DNA of 9,667 nucleotides from a virus (Duplodnaviria; Heunggongvirae; Uroviricota; Caudoviricetes): IMG/VR virus record IMGVR_UViG_2585427756_000015; one strand, 5' to 3'. Shown piece by piece: positions 1 to 6,538 of this stretch (position 1 is its first letter; each line of letters starts with the position of its first letter). The notes under the pieces were generated by a model. It saw only the letters and a program-made list of their open reading frames with translations, ran no database searches and was not told where the DNA came from. The position numbers and the translations under genes were made by a program.

Positions 1-527
<527 letters not shown>

Positions 528-530
<3 letters not shown>

Positions 531-974
531 CTGCGCCCCTTCCAGCTGCTTCTGCATCAGCATCAACCGTTCTCTGAGAGTGAAATAATCCCGTTCAGCG
601 GTGTCTGCCAGTTGGGGGCCGGTTGCATTATCCACGCGGGCGGTGCCGGTGGCTTCACGCACGGGACCTGGACAGGTGGCGTTGATACGCAGGCGCTTAC
701 GACCAGCGGCAACGTCAGCGCGAAGAGTTTCATTTTCAGCTCTCGCATCGGCTAATTCCCTCGAGTATTTTGCATCGAGCGCAGCAACATCGCGCTGGCG
801 CACCTGCATATCAGTAATGGTTGCGTTCGCCAGCTTCAGTTCACTGGCTTTGTTATCGCGCTGCGCTTTGTAGGTAATCGCGTTATCACGGTAATGGTCT
901 GTTGCCATCCACAGCGCTCCACAGGCCACCAGCAGAATAACGATAAACGCGGAAAGCATTCGGTTTATGTTCAC
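528..974 (-). CDS. Rz: Rz i-spanin (lambda Rz family), C-terminus replaced by the IS insertion
   Basis: Translation ...[14 protein letters not shown]...DVAALDAKY...[23 protein letters not shown] matches lambda Rz as remembered. The stop TGA is the reverse complement of the IS terminal TCA (528-530), so the last ~8 residues of a lambda-like Rz are missing. GTG start at 974 overlaps the upstream stop (GTGA); an alternative ATG start is at 959. Confidence 0.85.
563..748 (-). CDS. Rz1: Rz1 o-spanin (outer-membrane lipoprotein) embedded in the +1 frame of Rz
   Basis: 61 aa with lipobox-like LVVSAC, a proline-rich [27 protein letters not shown] segment resembling lambda Rz1, and the classic embedded-gene arrangement inside Rz. 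It lies entirely outside the IS. Confidence 0.8.
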   Translation of the reverse strand: MRELKMKLFALTLPLVVSACVSTPPVQVPCVKPPAPPAWIMQPAPNWQTPLNGIISLSENG

Positions 975-1102
975 CCCAGCAGCCCCGACGAAGACAACAT
1001 CATCCAGGCCATGGAAAGAAAAAGAGCAACCAGCATTAGTGAAAATGAAATGCCGACAATTACACAGAGGATCTTCGCCAGCGTTATGAGTTTGTCTGAC
1101 AT
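971..1102 (-). CDS. Hypothetical 43-aa single-pass membrane peptide ([43 protein letters not shown])
   Basis: Strong Shine-Dalgarno AAGGGAGGA 6 nt upstream of the ATG at 1102. Its stop TGA overlaps the Rz GTG start (GTGA), which suggests translational coupling. Hydrophobic core consistent with one transmembrane helix. No family recognised. Confidence 0.35.
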   Translation of the reverse strand: MSDKLITLAKILCVIVGISFSLMLVALFLSMAWMMLSSSGLLG

Positions 1103-1116
1103 GCTTAATCCTCCCT

Positions 1117-1299
1117 TCACGATTTCAACGCAATGACCAGTTTTGCCAGCCCATACAGCATCGGGGACACAGCAACACCGACCGCCACCCACTTAATGGC
1201 AAAAGCCAGTGCTCTGCTGATGTCATCAGTTACAGGCGCTTTCAGTTCAAGGCCGTTTTTCATAGTCAACCTCAACAGAATTCGTTTATACTTTTCCAT
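1117..1299 (-). CDS. Hypothetical small protein (60 aa from ATG 1299; alternative starts GTG 1332 = 71 aa, ATG 1263 = 48 aa with the best RBS)
   Basis: ORF between the endolysin terminator hairpin and the 43-aa ORF. GAGG lies 7 nt before ATG 1263. Hydrophobic C-terminal half ([27 protein letters not shown]). No family recognised. Confidence 0.3.
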   Translation of the reverse strand: MEKYKRILLRLTMKNGLELKAPVTDDISRALAFAIKWVAVGVAVSPMLYGLAKLVIALKS

Positions 1300-1332
1300 G
1301 TTCTCCCTTGCCTTATCCAAGGTCAGAAACAC

Positions 1333-1367
1333 AAAACCCCGCTTGCAGCCAACAAACGGGGTTTTTA
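1333..1367. terminator. Bidirectional intrinsic-terminator-like hairpin downstream of the endolysin gene
   Basis: AAAACCCCG-(15-nt loop)-CGGGGTTTT with T-rich sequence following on both strands (TTTTTACTTTTATT on plus; UUUUGUGUUUC on minus). Confidence 0.4.
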
Positions 1368-1455
1368 CTTTTATTCACTTAGGTTTTGCCAGTTCTCAGG
1401 ATTTCGTGTTATCCGTCCGCATTAGCCAACGTCATTTTTCAACAAAATATTCTGC

Positions 1456-1983
1456 TTATTTGTCAATTCCCCAGCACGCCAGCGCGCTCTCCTGGTCACG
1501 CCGTGAGACCTGTCCATAGCAGTTATTTGAACGAATACGGCAGTCTCTGCCACCGTCCTTAATCCACCAGCGAATCGCCTCACATGCTCCCCTGCGATCG
1601 CCAGCATTAATTCGTCTGTAAAACGTCGACGGGAAACACTTACCGGGACCAATGTTGTACGGACAGAATGACGCGATCCCCGCTTTCTGGGGTTCGGTCA
1701 ATGGCACTTTGATGTTTTTCTCCACCCATGCCAGCGCCTTATCACGCTCAATGGCGTTAACCCGGTCGCATTTTTCCTTCGACAACTTCATGCCCGGAAC
1801 GACAGGTTTGCCATCCACCAGGATGGCACCGCGGCAGATGGTCCAGATACCCGCGCCATCACGGTATGCCGTGGTGTGGTTACCTTCCTTTTCATCCAGA
1901 AACTGGTCGAGAATGTCAGGCGCACCAGCGGCAATCAGCGCCAGAACGGCAGCCGACAGGCCGTATCTGATTTTTGCGTTCAT
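1456..1983 (-). CDS. R: SAR endolysin (T4-lysozyme-like muramidase with N-terminal signal-arrest-release domain), phage 21 / Stx-phage R type
   Basis: 175 aa. N-terminal Gly/Ala-rich weakly hydrophobic segment (GLSAAVLALIAAGA) followed by the lysozyme catalytic region (EKEGNHTTAYRDGAGIWT). Position downstream of a pinholin. No recognisable SD before ATG 1983; an ATTTATC-N3-ATTTATC direct repeat sits at 1988-2004. Confidence 0.9.
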   Translation of the reverse strand: MNAKIRYGLSAAVLALIAAGAPDILDQFLDEKEGNHTTAYRDGAGIWTICRGAILVDGKPVVPGMKLSKEKCDRVNAIERDKALAWVEKNIKVPLTEPQKAGIASFCPYNIGPGKCFPSTFYRRINAGDRRGACEAIRWWIKDGGRDCRIRSNNCYGQVSRRDQESALACWGIDK

Positions 1984-2035
1984 GGATATTTATCAGGATT
2001 TATCGGTTTCTGAGCCCTGGATATGTTTATCAGTT

Positions 2036-2074
2036 CCAGCCTGTTGCCTCAGGCTGCTAACAGGTCAATACAAT
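2036..2074 (+). promoter_or_regulatory. Candidate promoter/operator for the plus-strand 90-aa gene: nested inverted repeats plus a -10-like TACAAT
   Basis: AGCCTG-TTGCCT-CAGGCT (2038-2055) and CCTGTT-N13-AACAGG (2039-2063) form overlapping inverted repeats. TACAAT at 2069-2074 with a weak -35 TTGCCT at 2044-2049 (19-bp spacer). GAGGA RBS at 2078-2082. Confidence 0.25.
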
Positions 2075-2088
2075 CATGAGGATTATTT

Positions 2089-2361
2089 ATGGACAATAAC
2101 ACCATTTCTCTACAGGAGTTGCTCGACAGCATTTCCAGGCTTCGGGAAGACGTGAATACCCTTACCGTCGCCTTCTCATATCTGGCATTCTCAATTCCAA
2201 GGGAACAGATGCAATCAACGCTGGCATCAATCCAGTTTGAATCATGCAATCCCAAATGGTCTCAGGAACAACAAGACTCTTTCAGGCGGCTTGCTGTATT
2301 ACTGGATGAAAAATATGCTGGTAAAATTACCATTTCGGCGGACTCTTCAGAGAACCCGTAA
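2089..2361 (+). CDS. Hypothetical 90-aa protein encoded antisense to the late/lysis operon
   Basis: Strong RBS GAGGA 6 nt before ATG 2089. Predicted soluble, helix-rich sequence. Converges on the minus-strand 114-aa ORF with a 35-bp 3' overlap. No family recognised. Confidence 0.45.
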   Translation: MDNNTISLQELLDSISRLREDVNTLTVAFSYLAFSIPREQMQSTLASIQFESCNPKWSQEQQDSFRRLAVLLDEKYAGKITISADSSENP

Positions 2362-2671
2362 TTATTCCCGGTAGTTTTCCTCTGTAGGTTATCAACACAT
2401 CCTGCGCCTCTAAAATTACGGGGCGCTTTTCCGGCGACTGCTCATCCCCTTCACATAACCCGGCAGCAACATCCAGGAAGACCTGTCTGATGCTCCTTCT
2501 GGCTGCTGCCTCATAAAACTCCAGCGCGGCACCTTCAACACGGTCCAGCGAGATGTCCAGGTCAAAAATTTCACCGTCAAAGCGTTTTTTGTCCCGTAAC
2601 GCTAAAGTTACCGTAACTTTATTCTCAAAATTGCGGATCCCTTTCACAATCAGTTTATAGTTTTGAGTCAT
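2327..2671 (-). CDS. Hypothetical 114-aa protein immediately downstream of the holin
   Basis: ATG at 2671 lies 4 nt after the holin stop, with GGGGAGAG serving as SD inside the holin 3' end. No family recognised. Confidence 0.5.
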   Translation of the reverse strand: MTQNYKLIVKGIRNFENKVTVTLALRDKKRFDGEIFDLDISLDRVEGAALEFYEAAARRSIRQVFLDVAAGLCEGDEQSPEKRPVILEAQDVLITYRGKLPGIITGSLKSPPKW

Positions 2672-2675
2672 TGAA

Positions 2676-2891
2676 TTACTCTCCCCGTGCAGCCTTACGA
2701 CGGTCCTCTCTGATTTTGAAATACAGGTTAGTCAGATATGTCAGCAGCCCAAACAGCAGACTCCCCAGCACGCCTATTGCCGCCCACTGAGACGGGGAAA
2801 CCCTGTCCAGCAACTGCAGGAACCAGTAGCCCGTTCCCACCGCTGACGTGGTGTATGACACACCTGTTGTGATTTTTTCCATCTGGTACAT
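2676..2891 (-). CDS. S: Class II pinholin, phage 21 S21-like (71 aa), with dual-start motif M-Y-Q-M
   Basis: Sequence [71 protein letters not shown] closely resembles S21 (two TMDs, C-terminal [13 protein letters not shown]). GGGAGA SD upstream of ATG 2891; second Met at 2882 mirrors the holin/antiholin dual start. The ORF-track N-terminal extension (97 aa) is rejected. Confidence 0.85.
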   Translation of the reverse strand: MYQMEKITTGVSYTTSAVGTGYWFLQLLDRVSPSQWAAIGVLGSLLFGLLTYLTNLYFKIREDRRKAARGE

Positions 2892-2923
2892 ACCCCGTCT
2901 CCCGTTATCCGGAAGCTGACAAC

Positions 2924-2957
2924 AATAAAAAAAGCCACCAGTTAAGTACTGATGGCT
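2924..2957 (-). terminator. Intrinsic-terminator-like hairpin between the esterase gene and the holin
   Basis: AGCCA-C-CAGT-(TAAGT)-ACTG-A-TGGCT hairpin at 2933-2957, followed on the minus strand by a U-run (plus-strand A-run 2926-2933). Confidence 0.3.
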
Positions 2958-3041
2958 CTGATAACTCATGCAGGCATCTCAGACGACCCACTGACACTAC
3001 CGGTGAGTTTAACGATACCTTCCATTTGGCTGGCTCACTTT

Positions 3042-4895
3042 TTATGATGATGCCGGTGCATTTATCTCCAGCACCAGACTTTCTATCTCAACGCCATACG
3101 CTGCATTTTTGGTAATATCCGTCAGCGTCAGCGCATTCAGCCCCAGTGTCAGACTGTCTTTTATGACCTGGAATGCCGGGCCAGCCACTCCATTCAGTTT
3201 CGGAGTAACCGTGGCACTGCCGGCGGTGAACACCAGCTCCAGCGTCTGCCAGTCGTTACTGTAATTCCCGAACTCGCCCAACTTTGTGTTTCCTGCTTTC
3301 TTGTGATGCATCAGATTCAGTTTGCCGTCTGTGGTCTGGGTGAAGAACGACATCAGGAACGGGTTACCAGTCCCGGTCATCGCCACGACGTCAGGTAACG
3401 CTACATCGGTATACAGATAAATTCCCAGACCGAACTGATTGTTGGTCAGTGCGCCTGACAGTCGAAACTTACAGCTCAGTCTGCCACCCCGTGTCAGCAG
3501 GGAGACTGCGTCATCCACCGGGCGCGTCAGGGACCAGGCTTTATTGCTCTGCTTGGTGATCTTAAATACACCATCTGACAACTGAATTCCGCCATTCTTA
3601 ATGCTCCAGCCCTGCGCAGCAGCGTCTCCGGCTGTCGGCAACAGGGAGATTGTGCGTATGGATGCATCTTCAGACGGCCCCGATGGCGTGTCGCCGCCGG
3701 GCGAGAGTTTGATTTCCGGTGCCTTACCACTAATGAAGGCTAAGGTGCGACCGGCTACGTTCAGAATAGCAGTTGCCATACGATCGGGAATAATGCCACG
3801 ACGCGCCCATGAGCTGAAATGCGTCGGGCGATTTGATGATACCCAGTTTTTGTTCGTTCGGGATGCCGAACCGTAATAACCAGACCCGACAATATCAGGA
3901 TCTTCTGACGGGTTGTTTGTCGGTGTATTAACTCCGCTACCATCGGTCATAAAGGGAACAAAATAAATCTGCTGGGATTCTTTACCTTTATATGCACCAT
4001 ATACCACTTCATATTGCGTACCGTGTTCTTGTTTCCACGCGTATGTCGTGTCGCCACAAATCCAGGGGACTGATGCCGGACTTCCACCGTGACACTGCGC
4101 TGCCAGCCCGGCAAGGTCAGCACGGAACTGCTGTACCATTGCAAGAAATGCTGCTGGCTGCTGGGCGTAACTGGCATTCGTCATATCGAATTCCCCCTGC
4201 ATCCAGCATATCGCCAGCAAAACGTTTTTCGGGTTTTTCTGCAATGCTGCCTTCGTGCGGAAAAGCAGATCCTGATATAACGGCTTACCCACTCCCCAGC
4301 GAGCCGAATCCTGACTGGCTCCCGTGGACTCGCTGAATGTCCCCTCCGTGCCCTGGGTGAATGCCGAACCACCACGACAGCATGGTACCAGCAGGATCCC
4401 CGCATTATTAGGGATATACGGAAGCAGTTTTTTGGCAATATGTAAGCCCTGTCCGACACAGCCGTACTGCCCTTTGCTCAGGTCAGCCCGGGGATGGTTA
4501 ATCGTACTCATATCCTGAACATCATGCAGACAATGGTCAGCAGGAATGATGTCGTTAAATACGCATACTTCACCACCGGGAGTCACTGTGTTACGACGGG
4601 CCAGTTGCTTAATGCGCGGATGGGGCGCATCGTATGAATCCGGAAGCGGAAGCCCTTCACCGTAAGCCATGGCATTGGATTGCCCGGCCAGTACGATGAC
4701 GTAGTACCACTCCGGCTCAGTTGCACCACTGACGACCACATCACCTTCTGCTGCAATCGCCTGCATCAGGGTATAAGGGGTTATGGCCACCGGACTACCA
4801 AACGGCTGCCAGCCCTCCTTCAGTTTTTGTGTCAGTCGTTTCGCAAGGTCTGACGGCGATGCCGCCCTGACCACGTCATAGTGTTTAAATGCCAT
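3042..4895 (-). CDS. nanS-p: Prophage NanS-p-like sialate 9-O-acetylesterase (N-terminal DUF1737-like domain + SGNH/SASA esterase domain + C-terminal domain)
   Basis: 617 aa. N-terminus MAFKHYDVVRAASPSDLAKRLTQKLKEGWQPFGSPV and esterase block LAGQSNAMAYGEG (GQSN motif) match the family found just upstream of the lysis cassette in EHEC lambdoid and Stx prophages. RBS GGGAGGA before ATG 4895. Confidence 0.8.
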   Translation of the reverse strand: MAFKHYDVVRAASPSDLAKRLTQKLKEGWQPFGSPVAITPYTLMQAIAAEGDVVVSGATEPEWYYVIVLAGQSNAMAYGEGLPLPDSYDAPHPRIKQLARRNTVTPGGEVCVFNDIIPADHCLHDVQDMSTINHPRADLSKGQYGCVGQGLHIAKKLLPYIPNNAGILLVPCCRGGSAFTQGTEGTFSESTGASQDSARWGVGKPLYQDLLFRTKAALQKNPKNVLLAICWMQGEFDMTNASYAQQPAAFLAMVQQFRADLAGLAAQCHGGSPASVPWICGDTTYAWKQEHGTQYEVVYGAYKGKESQQIYFVPFMTDGSGVNTPTNNPSEDPDIVGSGYYGSASRTNKNWVSSNRPTHFSSWARRGIIPDRMATAILNVAGRTLAFISGKAPEIKLSPGGDTPSGPSEDASIRTISLLPTAGDAAAQGWSIKNGGIQLSDGVFKITKQSNKAWSLTRPVDDAVSLLTRGGRLSCKFRLSGALTNNQFGLGIYLYTDVALPDVVAMTGTGNPFLMSFFTQTTDGKLNLMHHKKAGNTKLGEFGNYSNDWQTLELVFTAGSATVTPKLNGVAGPAFQVIKDSLTLGLNALTLTDITKNAAYGVEIESLVLEINAPASS

Positions 4896-5088
4896 GAATC
4901 CTCCCGGGCGGGATAATGTTGTGAGTCAGATAAGGAGCAGGCTGAAGTCCGGAAGTTACAGGACAATGGCAGAAGGGAGACTACAGCCCGCAATTCGAAA
5001 AAGACCGCGCAGTTGCGCAGAGTGATTACTATGGGGTATTATTCGCCAGCTGAAATATTACTTCACGTTTTATTGTTTATTCCTTGCC

Positions 5089-5117
5089 GCCCGCGTCTCC
5101 CAGCGCGGGCTTTTTTT
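5089..5117 (+). terminator. Strong plus-strand rho-independent terminator
   Basis: GCCCGCG-(TCTCCCAG)-CGCGGGC followed by TTTTTTT (5111-5117). The minus-strand side has no U-tract. Confidence 0.5.
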
Positions 5118-5124
5118 GTCCATA

Positions 5125-5357
5125 AGAAAGCCCCTCCGGAGAGGGGCTAAAGCCGCGTATCTGTATCATCATGCACATGGTGCCGGGTGCCTCCCGGTGA
5201 GTTCAGCCCGGTGCCACTAAACCCGCGTCATTCTCGTTTTGATAATCAGAGATTATACCGTCACCAGTCGCCCCTCCGCTCAGGGGGATTCACCATGCGA
5301 AATTTTTTTAACAAATGCCCAGTCTGACAGGCAACTGTCAACTTACTGAATTGTGAG
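5125..5357. repeat. Copy 1 of a ~220-bp structured repeat (candidate ncRNA element)
   Basis: Shares conserved blocks with copy 2: perfect hairpin AGCCCCTCCGGAGAGGGGCT, ATGGTGCCGGGTGCCTCCCGGTGA.TTCAG, GCCCCTCCGC.CAGGGGGATTCACCATGC, TTTTAACAAA, CAAC.GTCAAC, CTGAATTGTGAG. Variable spacers between the blocks. Confidence 0.6.
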
Positions 5358-5392
5358 CAACATAGCATTTAACGGGGAACCTGTTTTCTGCA

Positions 5393-5422
5393 GTAAAAAG
5401 GCCCACCGGAGCGGATGGGCCT
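5393..5422 (-). terminator. Minus-strand intrinsic terminator between the two repeat copies
   Basis: AGGCCCA-(10-nt loop)-TGGGCCT hairpin (5399-5422) followed on the minus strand by UUUUU (plus A-run 5395-5399). Confidence 0.4.
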
Positions 5423-5611
5423 GGAAGGATAGCGGTCATGTGATGCCGGTTTCCCGGTAACTCAGCACCGGTATCTGAGTCAACGTTTTCTCTACTGGGT
5501 CATTTCCGATACGCCCTGCCTGCTGACAGGCTTTCATCACATCTGAAAATATAGCACCCTGACTGATACTGTAGTACCTAAGGTTCCAGAAACTGTGATG
5601 TATCCGGCACA

Positions 5612-5825
5612 GAAAAGCCCCTCCGGAGAGGGGCTGGAGAGTGGCGCTATGTGCCATTGCATGGTGCCGGGTGCCTCCCGGTGAATTCAGTACCAGCACC
5701 TGAATCCGCGATTATCCCATATACCTACTCGCTGATTGCCCCTCCGCACAGGGGGATTCACCATGCCAGTTTCTTTTAACAAACTCCCCGCAAACCAGAC
5801 AACAGTCAACCGCCTGAATTGTGAG
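5612..5825. repeat. Copy 2 of the ~220-bp structured repeat (candidate ncRNA element)
   Basis: Same conserved blocks as copy 1, including the identical 20-nt perfect hairpin at 5616-5635. On the minus strand the hairpin is followed by UUUUCUGUG. Confidence 0.6.
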
Positions 5826-5831
5826 ACATTT

Positions 5832-5855
5832 AAAAAAAAGCCCGCAAAAGCGAGC
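5832..5855 (-). terminator. Minus-strand intrinsic terminator immediately after the tRNA cluster
   Basis: Minus strand reads GCUCGC-UUUU-GCGGGC (one G-U pair) followed by UUUUUUUU (plus A-run 5832-5839). Confidence 0.5.
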
Positions 5856-5870
5856 CAGGGAAAATAAGTG

Positions 5871-5947
5871 TGGCGCGTTGTACTGGATTCGAACCAGTGA
5901 CCGATTGCTTAGAAGGCAATTGCTCTGTCCGGCTGAGCTAACAACGC
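5871..5947 (-). tRNA. argO: tRNA-Arg (anticodon UCU, reads AGA), 77 nt with encoded CCA
   Basis: Hand-folded cloverleaf: acceptor GCGUUGU/ACAACGC, D-stem GCUC/GAGC, anticodon stem AUUGC/GCAAU with loop CUUCUAA, T-arm ACUGG-UUCGAAU-CCAGU, all canonical. The gene symbol follows the Stx-phage ileZ-argN-argO order and is an assignment by position. Confidence 0.8.
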
Positions 5948-5960
5948 AGGATACAGATAA

Positions 5961-6037
5961 TGGACCGCCTTCGGGGACCCGAACTCCGCGCAACCAGCTT
6001 CGAAGGCTGGCGCTCTTTCCTGATGAGCTAATGGCGG
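5961..6037 (-). tRNA. argN: tRNA-Arg-like (anticodon UCG by hand folding), 77 nt with encoded CCA; non-canonical pairs in acceptor and T stems
   Basis: D-stem GCUC/GAGC and anticodon stem CCAGC/GCUGG with loop CUUCGAA are canonical. T-loop reads UUCGGGU, with an A-C mismatch in the T-stem and an A-A mismatch in the acceptor stem. May be a divergent phage tRNA or partly degenerate. Confidence 0.55.
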
Positions 6038-6044
6038 TATGTGA

Positions 6045-6120
6045 TGGTGGCCCTTGCTGGATTTGAACCAGCGACCTGGCGATTATGAGTCGCTCGCTCT
6101 CACCACTGAGCTAAAGGGCC
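6045..6120 (-). tRNA. ileZ: tRNA-Ile2-like (anticodon CAU; alternatively Met), 76 nt with encoded CCA
   Basis: GGCCCUUUAGCUCAGUGGUGAGAGCGAGCGACUCAUAAUCGCCAGGUCGCUGGUUCAAAUCCAGCAAGGGCCACCA. Canonical cloverleaf with strong resemblance to E. coli tRNA-Ile2 (ileX type). First in the minus-strand tRNA trio. Confidence 0.8.
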
Positions 6121-6169
6121 GGAAGCAGAATAATAATGGTGCGTAATTAATTCTGCAATCTCATCCGTT

Positions 6170-6502
6170 TCAAACGATTAAATCCTGAACTTCCCTGACT
6201 GTCTGCTCAAAACGTCCGGTCTCCAGTTCAACGCCAATCGCACGACGCCCGAGCGCCAGTGCCGCTTTTACCGTTGAACCTGAGCCCATAAAAAAATCTG
6301 CAACCAGGTCTCCCGGACGACTGCTTGCGCTGATTATCTGCTGCAGCATTTCTGCCGGTTTTTCGCACGGATGTTTCCCGGGATAGAACTGCACCGGTTT
6401 ATGCGTCCAGACATCGGTATACGGCACCTGCGCTGTCACGCCAAAATACCGCCGCAGTCGGCATTCACAACCACAAGCGTGTTTAACGTACTGCACAGCT
6501 TT
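6170..6502 (-). pseudogene. C-terminal fragment of an N6/N4 DNA methyltransferase (N6_N4_Mtase-like); N-terminal two thirds absent
   Basis: ...DVWTHKPVQFYPGKHPCEKPAEMLQQIISASSRPGDLVADFFMGSGSTVKAALALGRRAIGVELE... matches the conserved C-terminal block of the family (HPtqKP ... DPFxGSGTT ... GiE). The frame is closed by a stop at 6503-6505 with no in-frame ATG, and the DPPY-containing N-terminal region is missing. Confidence 0.65.
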
Positions 6503-6510
6503 TCAGACAT

Positions 6511-6538
6511 AAAAAGGCCGCCTGATAGCAGCCTTTTC
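6511..6538 (-). terminator. Intrinsic-terminator-like hairpin downstream of the PP2C gene
   Basis: Minus strand reads AAAAGGCUGC-UAUCAG-GCGGCCUUUU followed by UAUGU. GC-rich core stem with a flanking U-tract. Confidence 0.4.

Noticed and set aside
601-873. 90-aa plus-strand ORF
   Set aside because: Antisense to Rz/Rz1. Ala/Ser/Arg-rich, typical of a GC-rich antisense frame.
1133-2155. Plus-strand ORFs 1133-1519 and 1652-2155, and minus-strand 1422-1652
   Set aside because: They run antisense to or out of frame with the endolysin and through the terminator hairpin. Low-complexity translations; no RBS.
2676-2969. 97-aa extended version of the holin ORF (start at 2969)
   Set aside because: The N-terminal extension [26 protein letters not shown] has no RBS and overlaps the terminator-like hairpin. 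The S21-like protein starts at the M-Y-Q-M motif (2891).
3527-4518. Multiple 60-114-aa ORFs on both strands inside 3527-4518
   Set aside because: All lie within the 617-aa esterase gene in other frames or antisense. The esterase frame has clear family motifs.
5436-5699. 87-aa minus-strand ORF
   Set aside because: It reads straight through the conserved perfect hairpin and a terminator, and has no RBS. The region is better explained as structured RNA or repeat.
5125-5825. CRISPR array
   Set aside because: Only two copies, each ~220 bp with internal hairpins and ~490-bp periodicity. No short regular repeat-spacer structure anywhere in the window.
5763-5867. 34-aa plus-strand ORF (MPVSFNKLPANQ...) starting at the conserved GGGGGA-N6-ATG inside repeat copy 2
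   Set aside because: The equivalent ATG in copy 1 gives only a 10-aa frame. Conservation between the copies follows helices rather than codons. Kept only as a low-probability alternative.
4896-5870. Shiga toxin or other AB5 toxin genes in the cargo slot
   Set aside because: No ORF of suitable size, signal peptide or toxin-like sequence between the tRNAs and the esterase gene.
5712-6066. ORFs 5712-5993 (minus) and 5821-6066 (plus)
   Set aside because: They overlap the tRNA genes and their terminator. Spurious.
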